A stretch of 63,802 bases of DNA, filler included, from Reclinomonas americana ATCC 50394 (Eukaryota), in the NCBI GenBank assembly GCA_048213135.1. It is 6 parts of 5 records of this genome, joined end to end, with 100 filler letters (N's around TTAATTAATTAA, not from the genome) between each part and the next. Parts side by side here need not be neighbours in the genome. Positions count along the whole stretch, not along the records: positions 35,798 to 54,190 come from PS015475.1; 5 more parts are not named here. One strand, given 5' to 3'. Under the pieces are notes generated by a model that did not search any database, was not told the origin of the DNA, and saw only the letters and a program-made list of their open reading frames with translations. Of this stretch, positions 37,407-50,131 are shown one piece after another (within the stretch, counting starts at the first letter, position 1; the number at the start of each line of letters is the position of its first letter). The position numbers and the translations under genes were made by a program.

Positions 37407-37948
37407 TCAACTGGGCGAAANNNNNNNNNNNNNNNNNNNNNNNNNNNNNNNNNNNNNNNNNNNNNNNNNNNNNNNNNNNNNNNNNNNNNNNNNNNNNNNN
37501 NNNNNNNNNNNNNNNNNNNNNNNNNNNNNNNNNNNNNNNNNNNNNNNNNNNNNNNNNNNNNNNNNNNNNNNNNNNNNNNNNNNNNNNNNNNNNNNNNNNN
37601 NNNNNNNNNNNNNNNNNNNNNNNNNNNNNNNNNNNNNNNNNNNNNNNNNNNNNNNNNNNNNNNNNNNNNNNNNNNNNNNNNNNNNNNNNNNNNNNNNNNN
37701 NNNNNNNNNNNNNNNNNNNNNNNNNNNNNNNNNNNNNNNNNNNNNNNNNNNNNNNNNNNNNNNNNNNNNNNNNNNNNNNNNNNNNNNNNNNNNNNNNNNN
37801 NNNNNNNNNNNNNNNNNNNNNNNNNNNNNNNNNNNNNNNNNNNNNNNNNNNNNNNNNNNNNNNNNNNNNNNNNNNNNNNNNNNNNNNCTCTCTCTCTCTG
37901 TGTGTGTGTCTCTCTCTCTCCTCCTCTCTCTTCCTCCTCCCTCCCTCC

Positions 37949-37996
<48 letters not shown>

Positions 37997-38025
37997 AACA
38001 CAAACGCACACACGCACACACGAAC

Positions 38026-38657
38026 CTTCTCACTCCAACCACCCGGCGGAGGCGTCGGCTCCACTCCAGCCCCACGACACAGCTCATCATGCACCGCCCG
38101 TACCGATCTCTCAAACTCGACTGAGTAGTCGACCCAGTACCCCACGTTTTCGCCTGTTTCCTTGATTGCAAGTGCCTTGTGAAGCAGGTCGTTGAGGAGG
38201 TCAGAGGGTGAAAGCACAGCGGTGGATGCTGACGCCATGAAAGTGCACAAACGAGAGAGAGAAACCCTTGGACAAATGACGTCACTTTCGCGCAAGACAA
38301 TCCCATGGCAAACACTCAACCCGTTACTTTGCCCAATTGAATAGGCGCGGGCGAGTTGACCTCTGTGCGCTTTATTGAGGGAAAGAGTGTGAAGCAAGAG
38401 AAAGAAAGAGTGATTTTGGAAAGTGCGTTTCTCTTTGTGTAAAAGGACAAATCATGACGTCACGTTCGCGCAATTGCATGGCAAACTCACCAANNNNNNN
38501 NNNNNNNNNNNNNNNNNNNNNNNNNNNNNNNNNNNNNNNNNNNNNNNNNNNNNNNNNNNNNNNNNNNNNNNNNNNNNNNNNNNNNNNNNNNNNNNNNNNN
38601 NNNNNNNNNNNNNNNNNNNNNNNNNNNNNNNNNNNNNNNNNNNNNNNNNNNNNNNNN

Positions 38658-38703
<46 letters not shown>

Positions 38704-40491
38704 GGGGAGGGAGGGAGGGAAAGAGAGAGTAGGGAGAGAGAGAGACACACACATACAGAGAGAGACAAGAGAAAGGGAGGGAGGGAGGGAGAAAGAGAGC
38801 GAGAGAAAGAGGGTGGAGAGGTGGAGAGAGAAAGAGAGAGAGGCAGTGTGTGTTTCGTGCTCATGGTTCGTTTTCTACTTCCAGAGCGCATATGAGCAGC
38901 GAAGCTACCGCGCGACAGCGGAGTTTCTTGCATGTGGTGTGCGCGGGCGCGTGAAGAAGAAAGTGGCGGAGCGCCTGTGGACTGACGAGGCGAATGAGTT
39001 GCGGATGATTGCCTTTGCTCACTGTCTGTGGATGGCGCCGGATGATGCCATGGTCGTCGCGCTCCTTCACTTGGCGCCGATCGGCTTTTTCAAGAATGCA
39101 GTCGCGGACTGCCGCTGGTGGCCTGTCGCTGCGGTCGTCACTGGTCGACTGCCGGCGGTGCTCGATGCAGTCCGCGCGCGAGCTCAACTGGAGGATGTTC
39201 CGCTGCTGGAGTCAATGATGGACTATACGGCTCTCGACTTTGCACTGCGAGCGGCTGTCAGCGTTGGCGATGGCGTCGCCATTCGTTACCTCAGCGGTCT
39301 CGGTCTGCTAGCCGTCGATCCACAGCTCACGTTGTTCAAGTGTGTGCGCCACTGCATCGGGCGGGGGAAGCAAGCCGTCCTCAATGACCTTCGTGAGTCG
39401 TGGCCACTGCACAACTTGGAGGCGAGTGCGCAACTCGAGTTGGCGGCCGCCACCAACGACGTGGAGACGGTGCGGCGGCTGCTGGACGAAGGCGTCGCCG
39501 ACCCCACCATTGACGACAACTTACCGTTGCGACAGGCCGCGTTCCGTGGCCACACCGAGGTGGTGACTGCGTTGCTCGCCGATGATCGGGTGCATCCGGA
39601 ACGGCCGCATAACGTGCCTTTGCTGTATGCGTGCGTAGATGGCCACATGGATGTCGTGTCGCTGCTGCTGAGGCGTGATGAGGTGATTGTGGGTGACGGT
39701 TCTGCGGAGATGTTTACTTACGACAGCTTGTACTTTCCCGGTACACCGGCAGATCCGGACGCGGCGGTAGTGGACACTGCCGTCGACCCTGATTATTTTG
39801 AAACGTATTTCTCGAGTGCGTATAGTCTTCCCAGCTCATCGCTTGAGGTTGCTGTGCGGATGAATCGCAGCACCTTGGTTCGGACGGTGCTGCAAGGGGA
39901 CGTGTTGCACCATCCAGACGAGGCCACCTTCCTGAGGGACTCACTGCCCGAAATCAACAACGAAGGCATGCTACGGATCTTCCTGGACAATCCTCCCTAC
40001 TGGGAGGGAGTTCTTGACGATGCAGAATTCGTCGAACGCATCCTGGATTGTAGACTTTTGCCGTCGATCAAGGTGCCGTGTCTGTTGGAGTACCCGCGTT
40101 TTCGACCACATGTGGACTCGCAAGCTCTGACCAATTGTATCGTCAGCTGCGTCGAAATTGGATACACAGAACGGTCGCTGGAATCCGTGGTGACTGCAGT
40201 TTATGTGGAGGCTGAGAGCCGTGGTGAATGGAGAGCGATTCTTGACGAGGTGGCTGAGTCAATCCTTAACGATACGGACAATTTCGAAATATCGTCAATA
40301 CGGCTCCTGTTGGCCATGCCGTGTGTTCAACCGCTGACAGACCACCCCTTCGTCGAGACCGCGATGGCGAAAGCTTTCGACGGGTTTCGGATGGAGCCGA
40401 GTTCCGGCTTCACACATTACACGTACCCGCACGAAGTGGCCTTGTTTTGTCTGGCCGGTGCCCAGATGCCAGAGGTCTGTTGTGTGTAACA

Positions 40492-40575
<84 letters not shown>

Positions 40576-41265
40576 TACAGAGAGAGAGAGAGAGATGCAG
40601 ATGATGACAAGGACACTTCCATTTGCTCTCTCCCGGACTTTCACTCTCTCTTCTGTCGATCTCTTTTCTCCTCACCGCTCTTGTCTCTCCGCCCTTCTGT
40701 CTATCTATGCGCTCTCTCGCGCTCTCGCTCTCTTGCTTATCACTGACAACGCTCCTAACAGTTGTTGGACGAGCGAGATTGGTTCTATATGACAGGCGCG
40801 GAGCACGTGGTCATCGAATGGATCGACCAGTGCGAGTATGCCCTCGCCTCCCCAGAGCTCAAGCCGATGCTGGATGCGTCGGTGCCCTTCCCGCTGGTGC
40901 AACTCAGCTGCGCCATTGCACCACCAATAACCGATGTGGCGCCGTCGTGTGACGTGCTGCGCTGCCTGATCGGCATTCTTGTTGTCGGAGATGACCATCG
41001 CTCGTACCGCGGCAATCGCCGCCGTCGCTCCTCCCAGTTTGTGTCACCAATGGTCAGAATGCTGGCGCCAGGTGGCGTCATGCGCAGCCTTGCCCGTGCG
41101 ACGCTGCATCGGGTGCTGCTGTTCGAGATCTACCACGTGCTGCTGGCCGACAAGCTGCAGGCCAGCATGGGCGTGGTGTTGCCGGCCGACGTGTGGATGC
41201 AGATTGTGCTGTTTGTGGCGATGCCGACGAGGGAGAGGGAGACAGATGGAGGTTCGAGGTCGTAA
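38026..41265 (+). CDS. Ankyrin/box family copy B1 (exon 1 at 38238-38026 on a flipped contig; exon 2 38885-40474; exon 3 40762-41265)
   Basis: Same three-exon homology as the other copies. Confidence 0.72.
38277..38471. promoter_or_regulatory. Duplicated CRE-like (TGACGTCA) + E2F-like (TTTCGCGC/GTTCGCGC) promoter motif pair
   Basis: TGACGTCA 38277-38284 + TTTCGCGC 38286-38293, and TGACGTCA 38455-38462 + GTTCGCGC 38464-38471, just upstream of the B1 ATG. Confidence 0.4.
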
Positions 41266-41546
41266 ACACTTTGTTCATTATCTCTAGCGATTGAGTGCCT
41301 CTCGATAGACAGCCCTGAGCGAAAGCAGATACGCGTCTTGTGGGTTGAGAAAACAACGAGGTCAGACGACGCTGCGTCGATCGTCATGGAGACGTGTTCT
41401 TGATACAGAACAAAATGCTTGGTGGATCTGCGGCATTACTGTCTTGTTCCGCTTCACCGCGAACTCCCCTTGCCTCACAGCGACTGAGCCACCCCAAGTG
41501 CATGTCCGCCGGGACATCTTTATCTCGTCTCTCTCTCCCTTTGCGC

Positions 41547-44500
41547 ATGGCGTCAGCATCAACTGCCGTGCTTTCACCCTCCGACCTCCTCAACGACCTG
41601 CTTCGCAAGGCCCGCGCGATCGACGAAACAGGCGAAAACGTGGGGTGCTGGATTGACTACACAGTCGTGTTTGAGAGATCAGTGCGGGCGGTGTATGATG
41701 CGATGTGTCGTGGGGCTGGAGTGGAGCCGACGCCTCCGCCAGGTGGTTGGAGTGAGGAGGTACGTGTGTATGGTAGAGAGAGGGAGAGAGAGAGTGTGTG
41801 TGTGTAACGGCGAGAGAGCTAGAGAGGGAGAGAGAGTGAGAGAGGAAGCGAGAGTGAGAGAGAAAGNNNNNNNNNNNNNNNNNNNNNNNNNNNNNNNNNN
41901 NNNNNNNNNNNNNNNNNNNNNNNNNNNNNNNNNNNNNNNNNNNNNNNNNNNNNNNNNNNNNNNNNNNNNNNNNNNNNNNNNNNNNNNNNNNNNNNNNNNN
42001 NNNNNNNNNNNNNNNNNNNNNNNNNNNNNNNNNNNNNNNNNNNNNNNNNNNNNNNNNNNNNNNNNNNNNNNNNNNNNNNNNNNNNNNNNNNNNNNNNNNN
42101 NNNNNNNNNNNNNNNNNNNNNNNNNNNNNNNNNNNNNNNNNNNNNNNNNNNNNNNNNNNNNNNNNNNNNNNNNNNNNNNNNNNNNNNNNNNNNNNNNNNN
42201 NNNNNNNNNNNNNNNNNNNNNNNNNNNNNNNNNNNNNNNNNNNNNNNNNNNNNNNNNNNNNNNNNNNNNNNNNNNNNNNNNNNNNNNNNNNNNNNNNNNN
42301 NNNNNNNNNNNNNNNNNNNNNNNNNNNNNNNNNNNNNNNNNNNNNNNNNNNNNNNNNNNNNNNNNNNNNNNNNNNNNNNNNNNNNNNNNNNNNNNNNNNN
42401 NNNNNNNNNNNNNNNNNNNNNNNNNNNNNNNNNNNNNNNNNNNNNNNNNNNNNNNNNNNNNNNNNNNNNNNNNNNNNNNNNNNNNNNNNNNNNNNNNNNN
42501 NNNNNNNNNNNNNNNNNNNNNNNNNNNNNNNNNNNNNNNNNNNNNNNNNNNNNNNNNNNNNNNNNNNNNNNNNNNNNNNNNNNNNNNNNNNNNNNNNNNN
42601 NNNNNNNNNNNNNNNNNNNNNNNNNNNNNNNNNNNNNNNNNNNNNNNNNNNNNNNNNNNNNNNNNNNNNNNNNNNNNNNNNNNNNNNNNNNNNNNNNNNN
42701 NNNNNNNNNNNNNNNNNNNNNNNNNNNNNNNNNNNNNNNNNNNNNNNNNNNNNNNNNNNNNNNNNNNNNNNNNNNNNNNNNNNNNNNNNNNNNNNNNNNN
42801 NNNNNNNNNNNNNNNNNNNNNNNNNNNNNNNNNNNNNNNNNNNNNNNNNNGTGCAATTTCTCCACACAGAAAACACAGACCTCTGGCATCTCGGCACCCG
42901 CCAGACAACACAAGGCCACTCCGCGCGGGTACGTGTCATGTGTAAAGCTGGATCTCGGCTCCATCCGAAACTTGTCAAAAGCTTTTGCCATTGCCGTTTC
43001 GACAAAGTGGTTGTCCGTCAGCGGCTGAACACATGGCATGGCCAACAGGAGCCGCAGTGATGACATGTGAAGTTCGCCCATCCCGTCTACGATAGACACA
43101 GCCACCACGTCGAGAATCGTTCTCCATTCACCACGGCTCTCGGCCTCCACGTAAACTGCAGTTACCACGGATTCCAGCGACCGATCCTCGAGTCCTCCAA
43201 CTTCGACGCAGCCGAAGATACAATTGGTCAGAGCTTGCAAGTCCACGTGCGGTCGATAGCGCGGATACTCCAACACACACGGCACACAGATTGGCCACAA
43301 AAGTCTACAATCCAGGATGCTTCCGACGAATTCTGCATCGTCAAGAACTCCCTCCCAGTAGGGAGGATTGTCCAGGAAAATCCGCATTATGTCTTCGTCG
43401 TTGATCGGGCAGTGACTCTGTCAGAAAGGTGGCCTCGTGTGGATGGCGCAACACGTCCTCTTGCAGCACCGTGCGAACCAAGGCGCTGCGATTCATCCGC
43501 ACAGCAACCTCAAGCGGTGAGCACGGTAGCACATCCTCGCTAGAGAAATACTTTTCAAAATGATCAGGATCGACGGTAGCGTCCACGTCAAGCACATTCG
43601 GATCTGCCGGTGTGCCTGGATACTTCCAGCTTTCACGAGTAAACATCTTGTCAGAACCGTCACCCACAATCACCTCCTGTCGTGCCAGCAGCAGCGACAC
43701 AATCTCCACGTGGCCCCTGACGCATGCATACAGCAGGGCCACGTTGTCGTGCTGTTCTGGGTGCACTCGATCGTCAGCGAGCAGCGCAGCCACCACCTCG
43801 GTGTGGCCACGAAACGCGGCCTGTCGCAACGGCAAGTTGTCGGCAATGGTGGGGTCGGCGACGCCTTCGCCCAGCAGCCGCCGCACCGTCTCCACGTCGT
43901 TCTTGGCGGCCGCCAACTCGAGTCGGGCGCTCGCCTCCACGTTGTCCAGCGGCCACGACGCACGTAGATCGTGGAGGACGGCGTGCTTCCCCCGCCCGAT
44001 GCAGTGCCGCACACACTTGAATAACGTCATCCTGATGAGCTGTGGATCGGCGGCTGGCAGACTGAGACCGCTGAGGTAGCGGATGGCAGGGCTGCCCAGG
44101 TATCGAACGGCGACGCCATCGCTGACGCTGACAGCCGCTCGCAGCGCAAAGTCAACTGTCGCGTGCGGCATGGCTGCCTGCAGCAGCGCAACATCCTCCA
44201 GTTGAGCTCGTGCGCGCACTGCGTCCAGCACCGCCGGCAGTCGACCAGTGACGACCGCAGCGATAGGCCACCAAGGACTGTCCGCGACCGCCTTCTTGAA
44301 AAAGCCGATTGGCACCATGCGAAGGAGCGCGATGACAATGGCATCATCCGGCGCCATCCACAAGCAGTGAGCGAAGGCAGCCAGCCGCAATCTAGTAGTC
44401 TCGCCAGTCCACAGGCGCTCCGCCACTTTTTTCTTCACGCACCTATCGCGCACGACTTGCGNNNNNNNNNNNNNNNNNNNNNNNNNNNNNNNNNNNNNNN

Positions 44501-45219
44501 NNNNNNNNNNNNNNNNNNNNNNNNNNNNNNNNNGAGCGGAGAGAGAGAGGGAGGAAGAGTGAGTGAGAGAGAGACGCTGATGATAAGGGTCATGATCAAC
44601 TTCTGTTTCTCTCTGACTTCTGTCTCTCTCTCCCTCCCCTTCTCCTGCCTTTTCTCTTTCTCTCACCCTCCCTATCTCGTGCGCATTTCATTGCCTTGCC
44701 GATCACTGACTATTCGTGCAGTTGAGGAACGAGCGAGATCGGTTCTGCGTGACAGACTTTGAGCACATGGCCAACGAGTGGATGGACCAGTGCCAGTATG
44801 CCCTCGCCTCCCCCGAGCTCCAGCCGATGCTGGATGCGGCGGTGCCCTTTCCGCTGGTGAAACTCAGCTGCGCCATCGCTCCGCCGACACGCCATTCGGC
44901 GCCTTCGCTTGACGTGCTGCGCCACCTGATCGACATTCTGGTTGTCGGAGATGAGCATCGCACGTACCGCCTCAACAACCGCGATCGTTCCGCAGATCTC
45001 GTGTCGCCACTCGCCAGAATGCTGGCGCCGGGTGGCGTCATGCGTGGTATCGCACGATTAACGCTGCACCGAGTGCTCCTGTTCGAGATCTACCATGTTC
45101 TGCTGGCCGACAAGTTGCAGGCCAGCATGGGGTTGGTGTTGCCGGCCGGTTTGTGGATGCACATCGTGCTGTTTGTGGCGATGCCGAGTTCGGATGAGGA
45201 GGATGATGAGGACGAGTGA
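41547..45219 (+). CDS. Ankyrin/box family copy B2 (exon 2 on flipped contig 42851-44461, frameshift near 43405)
   Basis: Exon 1 41547-41759, exon 2 reads on the minus strand between gaps, exon 3 ~44722-45219. Confidence 0.65.
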
Positions 45220-45456
45220 GGTGGAAGGTCGTAAACACTTTGTTCATCATCTCTAGCGATTGAGTGCCTCTCGATAGATCCCGCTGTGGTGACGTCGCTC
45301 GTCTCCTGGAGACACCTTCTTGCAACGAAAAACTTAGTGCTTTGTGGCTCACCGGCATTGCTGTCTTGTTCCGCATCACTACAAGCTCCTCTCGCATGTC
45401 ATGTCCGCCGGGTACCGGTAGGGACATTGTTCCTCTCTCTCTCTCTCTCTTTGCGC

Positions 45457-48227
45457 ATGGCATCGTCATCATCCACGCCTGAGCCTTCACCCTCCGACAT
45501 CCTCGACGACCTGCTTCCCCGGGCCGTTGCAATCAGGGAAACATGCATTAATGTGACGTTGGAGATGGACGCCTCCGAGTTTGAGAGAGTGACATGGGCG
45601 GTGTATGATGTGCTATGTCGCGATGCTGAAGTGGAGCCAGCGCCTCCTCCGCCTGCACTGAATGTTCGGGTGCGTTTGTGAGTGAGTGAGTGAGTGAGTC
45701 AGTGAGAGAGAGAGAGTGAGTGAGTGAGTGAGTGAGTGTGTGTGTGTGTGCCTCGTGTTGGGAAGGGCGTGGTGTAGAAAAAGGAGAAGCAAGCAGAACA
45801 CGATGCTTGCTTCTCTCTCTTCATTGGTCACTCTGATGGCGTGTGTATGTGTTGATGAAGACATCAACGAAGGGAGGGGACTCTTGTTTGCTTGCCATTG
45901 CGTCTCACATCTGCTCCCGACGTGCACAGCTTGTCCCTCGTGAGACAGCCGAGTTTCTTGCACAGGCTGTGCACGGGCGCGTGAAGAAGACGGTGGCTGA
46001 ACGCCTGTGGAGGACGGAGCGGTCGAACGTCTGGGTAACAGCAGTGACACATTTTATGTGGATGGCACCGGAAGCCACAATCGTCGCGCTCCTCCTCATG
46101 GTGCCTGTCGAGTATTTCGCGACTGAGAGAATAGGCGATTATTGTCCGTGGTGGCCTGTCGCTGCGGTCGTCACTGGCCGGCTGTCAATGCTGTTCGACG
46201 TGTTGGGCGCTCGTGCCGAGTTCGAGGATGATCCGCTGCTGGAGTCAGTGATGGACTCCACTGCACTTGACGTGGCGCTGCGAGCGGCTGTCAGCGTCGC
46301 TGATGGCGTCGCCATTCGTTTCCTGGGCGACCTCGATGTAGCCGCCAAACGCCTGCGCATGCAGTTGACGCTATTCAAATGTGTGCGCCACTGCATCGGG
46401 CGGGGGAAGGAGGCCATTCTCAATGACCTCCGTGAGTCGTGGCCGCTGGACGAGTTGGAGGCGACTGCGCACCTCGAGATCGCGGCCGCCACCAACGACG
46501 TGGAGACGGTGCGGCGGCTGCTGGTCGAAGATATCGCCGACCCCACCATTGACGACAACTTGCCGTTGCAACAGGCGGCGTTCCGTGGCCACAAAGCGGT
46601 GGTATCTGCGCTGCTGTTCGAAGACGAGTCAACCCGGGTGTTTGCGGAACAGCCGGGTGACTTGCCCTTGCTGCACGCGTGCGTCCATGGACATGTGGAG
46701 ATTGTGGCACTGTTACTGAAGGAGTACGAGTTCGAGATCGCGTCGGATGGCCATACCTTTTCCATGGAGATGATTACTGCCGACGACTGGGACAATTATC
46801 GCCCACTTACAGATCCAGATGCAGAAGTCGTGGACACTACCACTGACGATGTTAGCCATGTGCAGCGCTTGCTCGTAGACGGTGAGCACGCGCGTTCACC
46901 GCTTGAGATTGCAGTGCGGATGGGTCACAGTGCCCTGGTCCGGATGCTGCTGCAATGGAATCTCTCGCGTTACCCACGCGAGCTCGTTTGGTTGGAGAGG
47001 ATGATGTCCTTCATCAACGACGAAGACGTGCTACGGGCCTTCCTGGACAACCCTCGCTTTTGGGAGGGCATTGTTGACGATGCTGTGGTTGTCAGACTCT
47101 TGGTGCGCGCCAGACTTCAGTCGGCAGTTACGGTGACGTGTCTGTTGGAGTATCCTCGTTTCCGACCGCGGGTGGCCTCGGATGTCCTGGCCGAGAGCAT
47201 CGTCGATTGCCTTGAGGCCGGGGAGGAGTCGAAACTGTCGCTGGAATGCGTGGTGCATGCGGTGCGCGGTGAAGCCGAGAGCCGTGGTGATTGGGCGCGG
47301 ATTCTCGGTCATGTGCTGGAACGTTGCATGGGCTTTTTCCACAAGCCGTCAGTGCGACTCCTGTTGTCCCTGCCATGCGTTCAGCCGCTTGTGAACCACC
47401 GCTTATTCACGTCGGCGCTGCTGAGGGCATTTCTCCTCAGTCGGCGGGAACGACGTCGGGATCGGGACGATCCCCTCGCTCGCCCTGACGTGTTGGCTTT
47501 GCTGTGCCTGATTGGTGTTAAAATGCCGGCGGTTTGTTGTGTGCGGGAAAGGGCAAAGAGAGAGGGCACAGATGACAAGGGTCAGCTTCGCAGGCAGAAC
47601 TCCTGTCTGTCTCCTTCTGGCCTTAACTCTCTCTCTCTGTCCTTCTCCGTCTCACCCTTCTCTGTCCTCGCCCCCTTCTCGATCTCTCTGTGCATGTGCA
47701 CTTTGTTGTCTTGCCGCTTACTGACTATATTCGCGCAGCTGAGGAACGAGCGAGATCGGTGCCATATGGCAGCCGAGGAATACATGGTCAACGAGTGGAT
47801 CGACCAGTGCGAGTGCGCCCTCGCCTCCCCCGAGCTCAAGCCGATGCTGGATGCATCGTTGCCCTTCCCGCTGGTGAAACTCAGCTGCGCCATTGCTCCG
47901 CCGACACGCCATTCGGCGCCCTCGCTTGACGTGCTGCGCCGCCTCATCGACATTCTTGTTGTCGGAGATGACCTTCGCATGTACCGCAGCAACCACCGCC
48001 GTCGTTCCGCTGATCTCGTGTCGCCACTGGCCAGAATGCTGGCACTGGGTGGCGTTATGCGTGGTATCGCGTGGTCAACGCTGCATCGGGTGTTGTTGTT
48101 CGAGATCTACCATGTTCTGCTGGCCGACAAGTTGCAGGCCGGCATGGGGTTGGTGTTGCCGGCCGACGTGTGGATGCAGATTGTGCTGTTTGTGGCGATG
48201 CCGACGAGGGAGAGGGATGCAGAGTGA
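45457..48227 (+). CDS. Ankyrin/box family copy B3 (complete, ungapped)
   Basis: Exon 1 45457-45669, exon 2 ~45930-47531, exon 3 ~47739-48227, all with GT-AG junctions. Confidence 0.85.
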
Positions 48228-48512
48228 GGTTCAAGGTCGTAAACACTTTGTTCATTATCTCAGCGATTGAGTGCCTCTCGATAGACAGCCCTGAGCGAAA
48301 GCAGATACGCGTCTTGTGGGTTGAGAAGACAACGAGGTCAGACGACGTCGATCGTCTCATGGAGACGTGTTCTTGCTTCAGAACAAAATGCTTTGTGGAT
48401 CTGCGGCATTGCTGTCTTGTTCCGCTTCACCGCGAACACCCCTTGCCTCACAGCGACTGAGCCCAAGTGCATGTCCGCCGGGACATCTCTCTCTCTCCGT
48501 CTCTCTTTGCAC

Positions 48513-49500
48513 ATGGCGGCAGCATCGCCTGTGCCAACTCCCTCCGACCTCCTCAACGACCTGCTTCGCAAGGCCCGCACAATCAAGGAAACATGCGAAA
48601 ACGTGTGGTNNNNNNNNNNNNNNNNNNNNCGCTTAAAGATTGCATGAAAAATTTCCATCTGCCGCCAATGCGACAGCTCTTCGCCTTGCCATGCTTGCAG
48701 CCGCTGGTGAATGGTGATTTTTCAATGTTGGTGCTGGAGAGGGCCTTTCTGTGTTGCCGGCGGGATCCGCGTCGGCAGTTTACGGACGAGCGCCTCGCAC
48801 GCCCTGATGCATTGGCTTTGCTGTGTCTGACCGGTGCTCATATGCCGGCGGTTTGTTGTGTGTGAGAGAGAGGGCAAAGAGGGACAAGGGTCACCTTCGC
48901 AGTGAGTTCTCTGCTCTCCTTTCTCTCTTTCTCACTCTCTCCCCCTTTCTCGTGTGCATTTGTTGCCTTGCCGATCATTGACGATGCTCTTTACAGTTGT
49001 CGGACGAGCGAGATCGGTTCTATATGCCAGGTGTGGAATACATGGCCAACGAATGGATCGACCAGTGCAAGTGCGCCCTGGCTTCCCCCGAGCTCAAGCC
49101 GATGCTGGATGCGTCGGTGACCTTCCCGCTGGTGAAACTCAGCTGCGCAATTGCACCACCACTAGGCAACGCAGCGCCCTCGCTTGACATGCTGCGCCGT
49201 CTGATCGACATTCTTGTTGTCGGAGATGACCTTCGCATGTACCGCAGCAACCACCGCCATCGTTCCGCTGATCTCGTGTCGCCACTGGCCCGGATGCTGG
49301 CGCCGGGTGGCGTCATACGTGGTATCGCACGATTAACGCTGCATCGGGTGTTGTTGTTCGAGATCTACCACGTGCTGCTGGCCGACAAGTTGCAGACCAG
49401 CATGGGGTTGGTGCTGCCGGCCGACGTGTGGATGCAGATTGTGTTGTTTGTGGCGATGCCGACGGGAGAGAGGAGTACAGAAAGAGGTTCAAGGTCGTAA
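48513..49500 (+). CDS. Ankyrin/box family copy B4 (most of exon 2 missing in a gap)
   Basis: Start of exon 1 (48513-48609), end of exon 2 (48630-~48850) and exon 3 (48997-49500). Confidence 0.65.
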
Positions 49501-49791
49501 ACACTTTGTTCATTATCTCTAGCGATTGAGTGCCACTCGATAGCCAGTCTGGTGCGACAGCAGATACGCGTCTTGTGGGTTGAGAAGACAACGAGGTCAG
49601 ACGACGTCGATCGTCTCATGGAGACGTGTTCTTGCTACAGAACAAGTTGCTTTGTGGATCTGCGGCAATACTGTCTTGTTCCGCTTCACCGCGAACTCCC
49701 CTTGCCTCACAGTGACGGAGCCCACTCCGAGTTATTCCGAGAACTCTTTGTCCCGTCTTTGGCCGTCTTATCTTTGTTGCGTGTGTGCGTC

Positions 49792-50060
49792 ATGGCATCG
49801 TCCTCCTCATCATCATCGGCGCCTGTGCTTTCACCCTCCGACCTCCTCGACAACCTGCTTCGCAAGGCACTTGCAATCAAGGAAACATGCGAACGCGTGC
49901 GGTGCGAGATTGACTACACAGTCGTGTTTGAGAGATCAGTGCGGGCGGTGTATGATGCGCTGTGTCGTGGGGCTGGAGTGGAGCCGACGCCTCCGCCAGG
50001 TGGTTGGAGTGAGGAGGTGCGTGTGTGCGTGTGTGTTAGGTGCGTGTGTGCGTGTGTGTT

Positions 50061-50131
<71 letters not shown>

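Noticed and set aside
41300..41340. CTGAGCGAAAG in the array spacer as a hammerhead ribozyme core
   Set aside because: It lacks the CUGANGA...GAAA arrangement with flanking stems.
43400..43410. Frameshift in copy B2 (GATC versus GAAATC in paralogs)
   Set aside because: It falls in a homopolymer, the typical pyrosequencing error, so it cannot be called a pseudogene or programmed frameshift.
42851..44461. Inverted exons within array genes (also 37888-38493, 52632-53004, 21167-21803) suggesting invertible, phase-variable cassettes
   Set aside because: Every inversion is bounded by N gaps on both sides, flipping restores the normal gene order, and no recombinase or inversion sites are visible. 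Contig mis-orientation is the simpler explanation.
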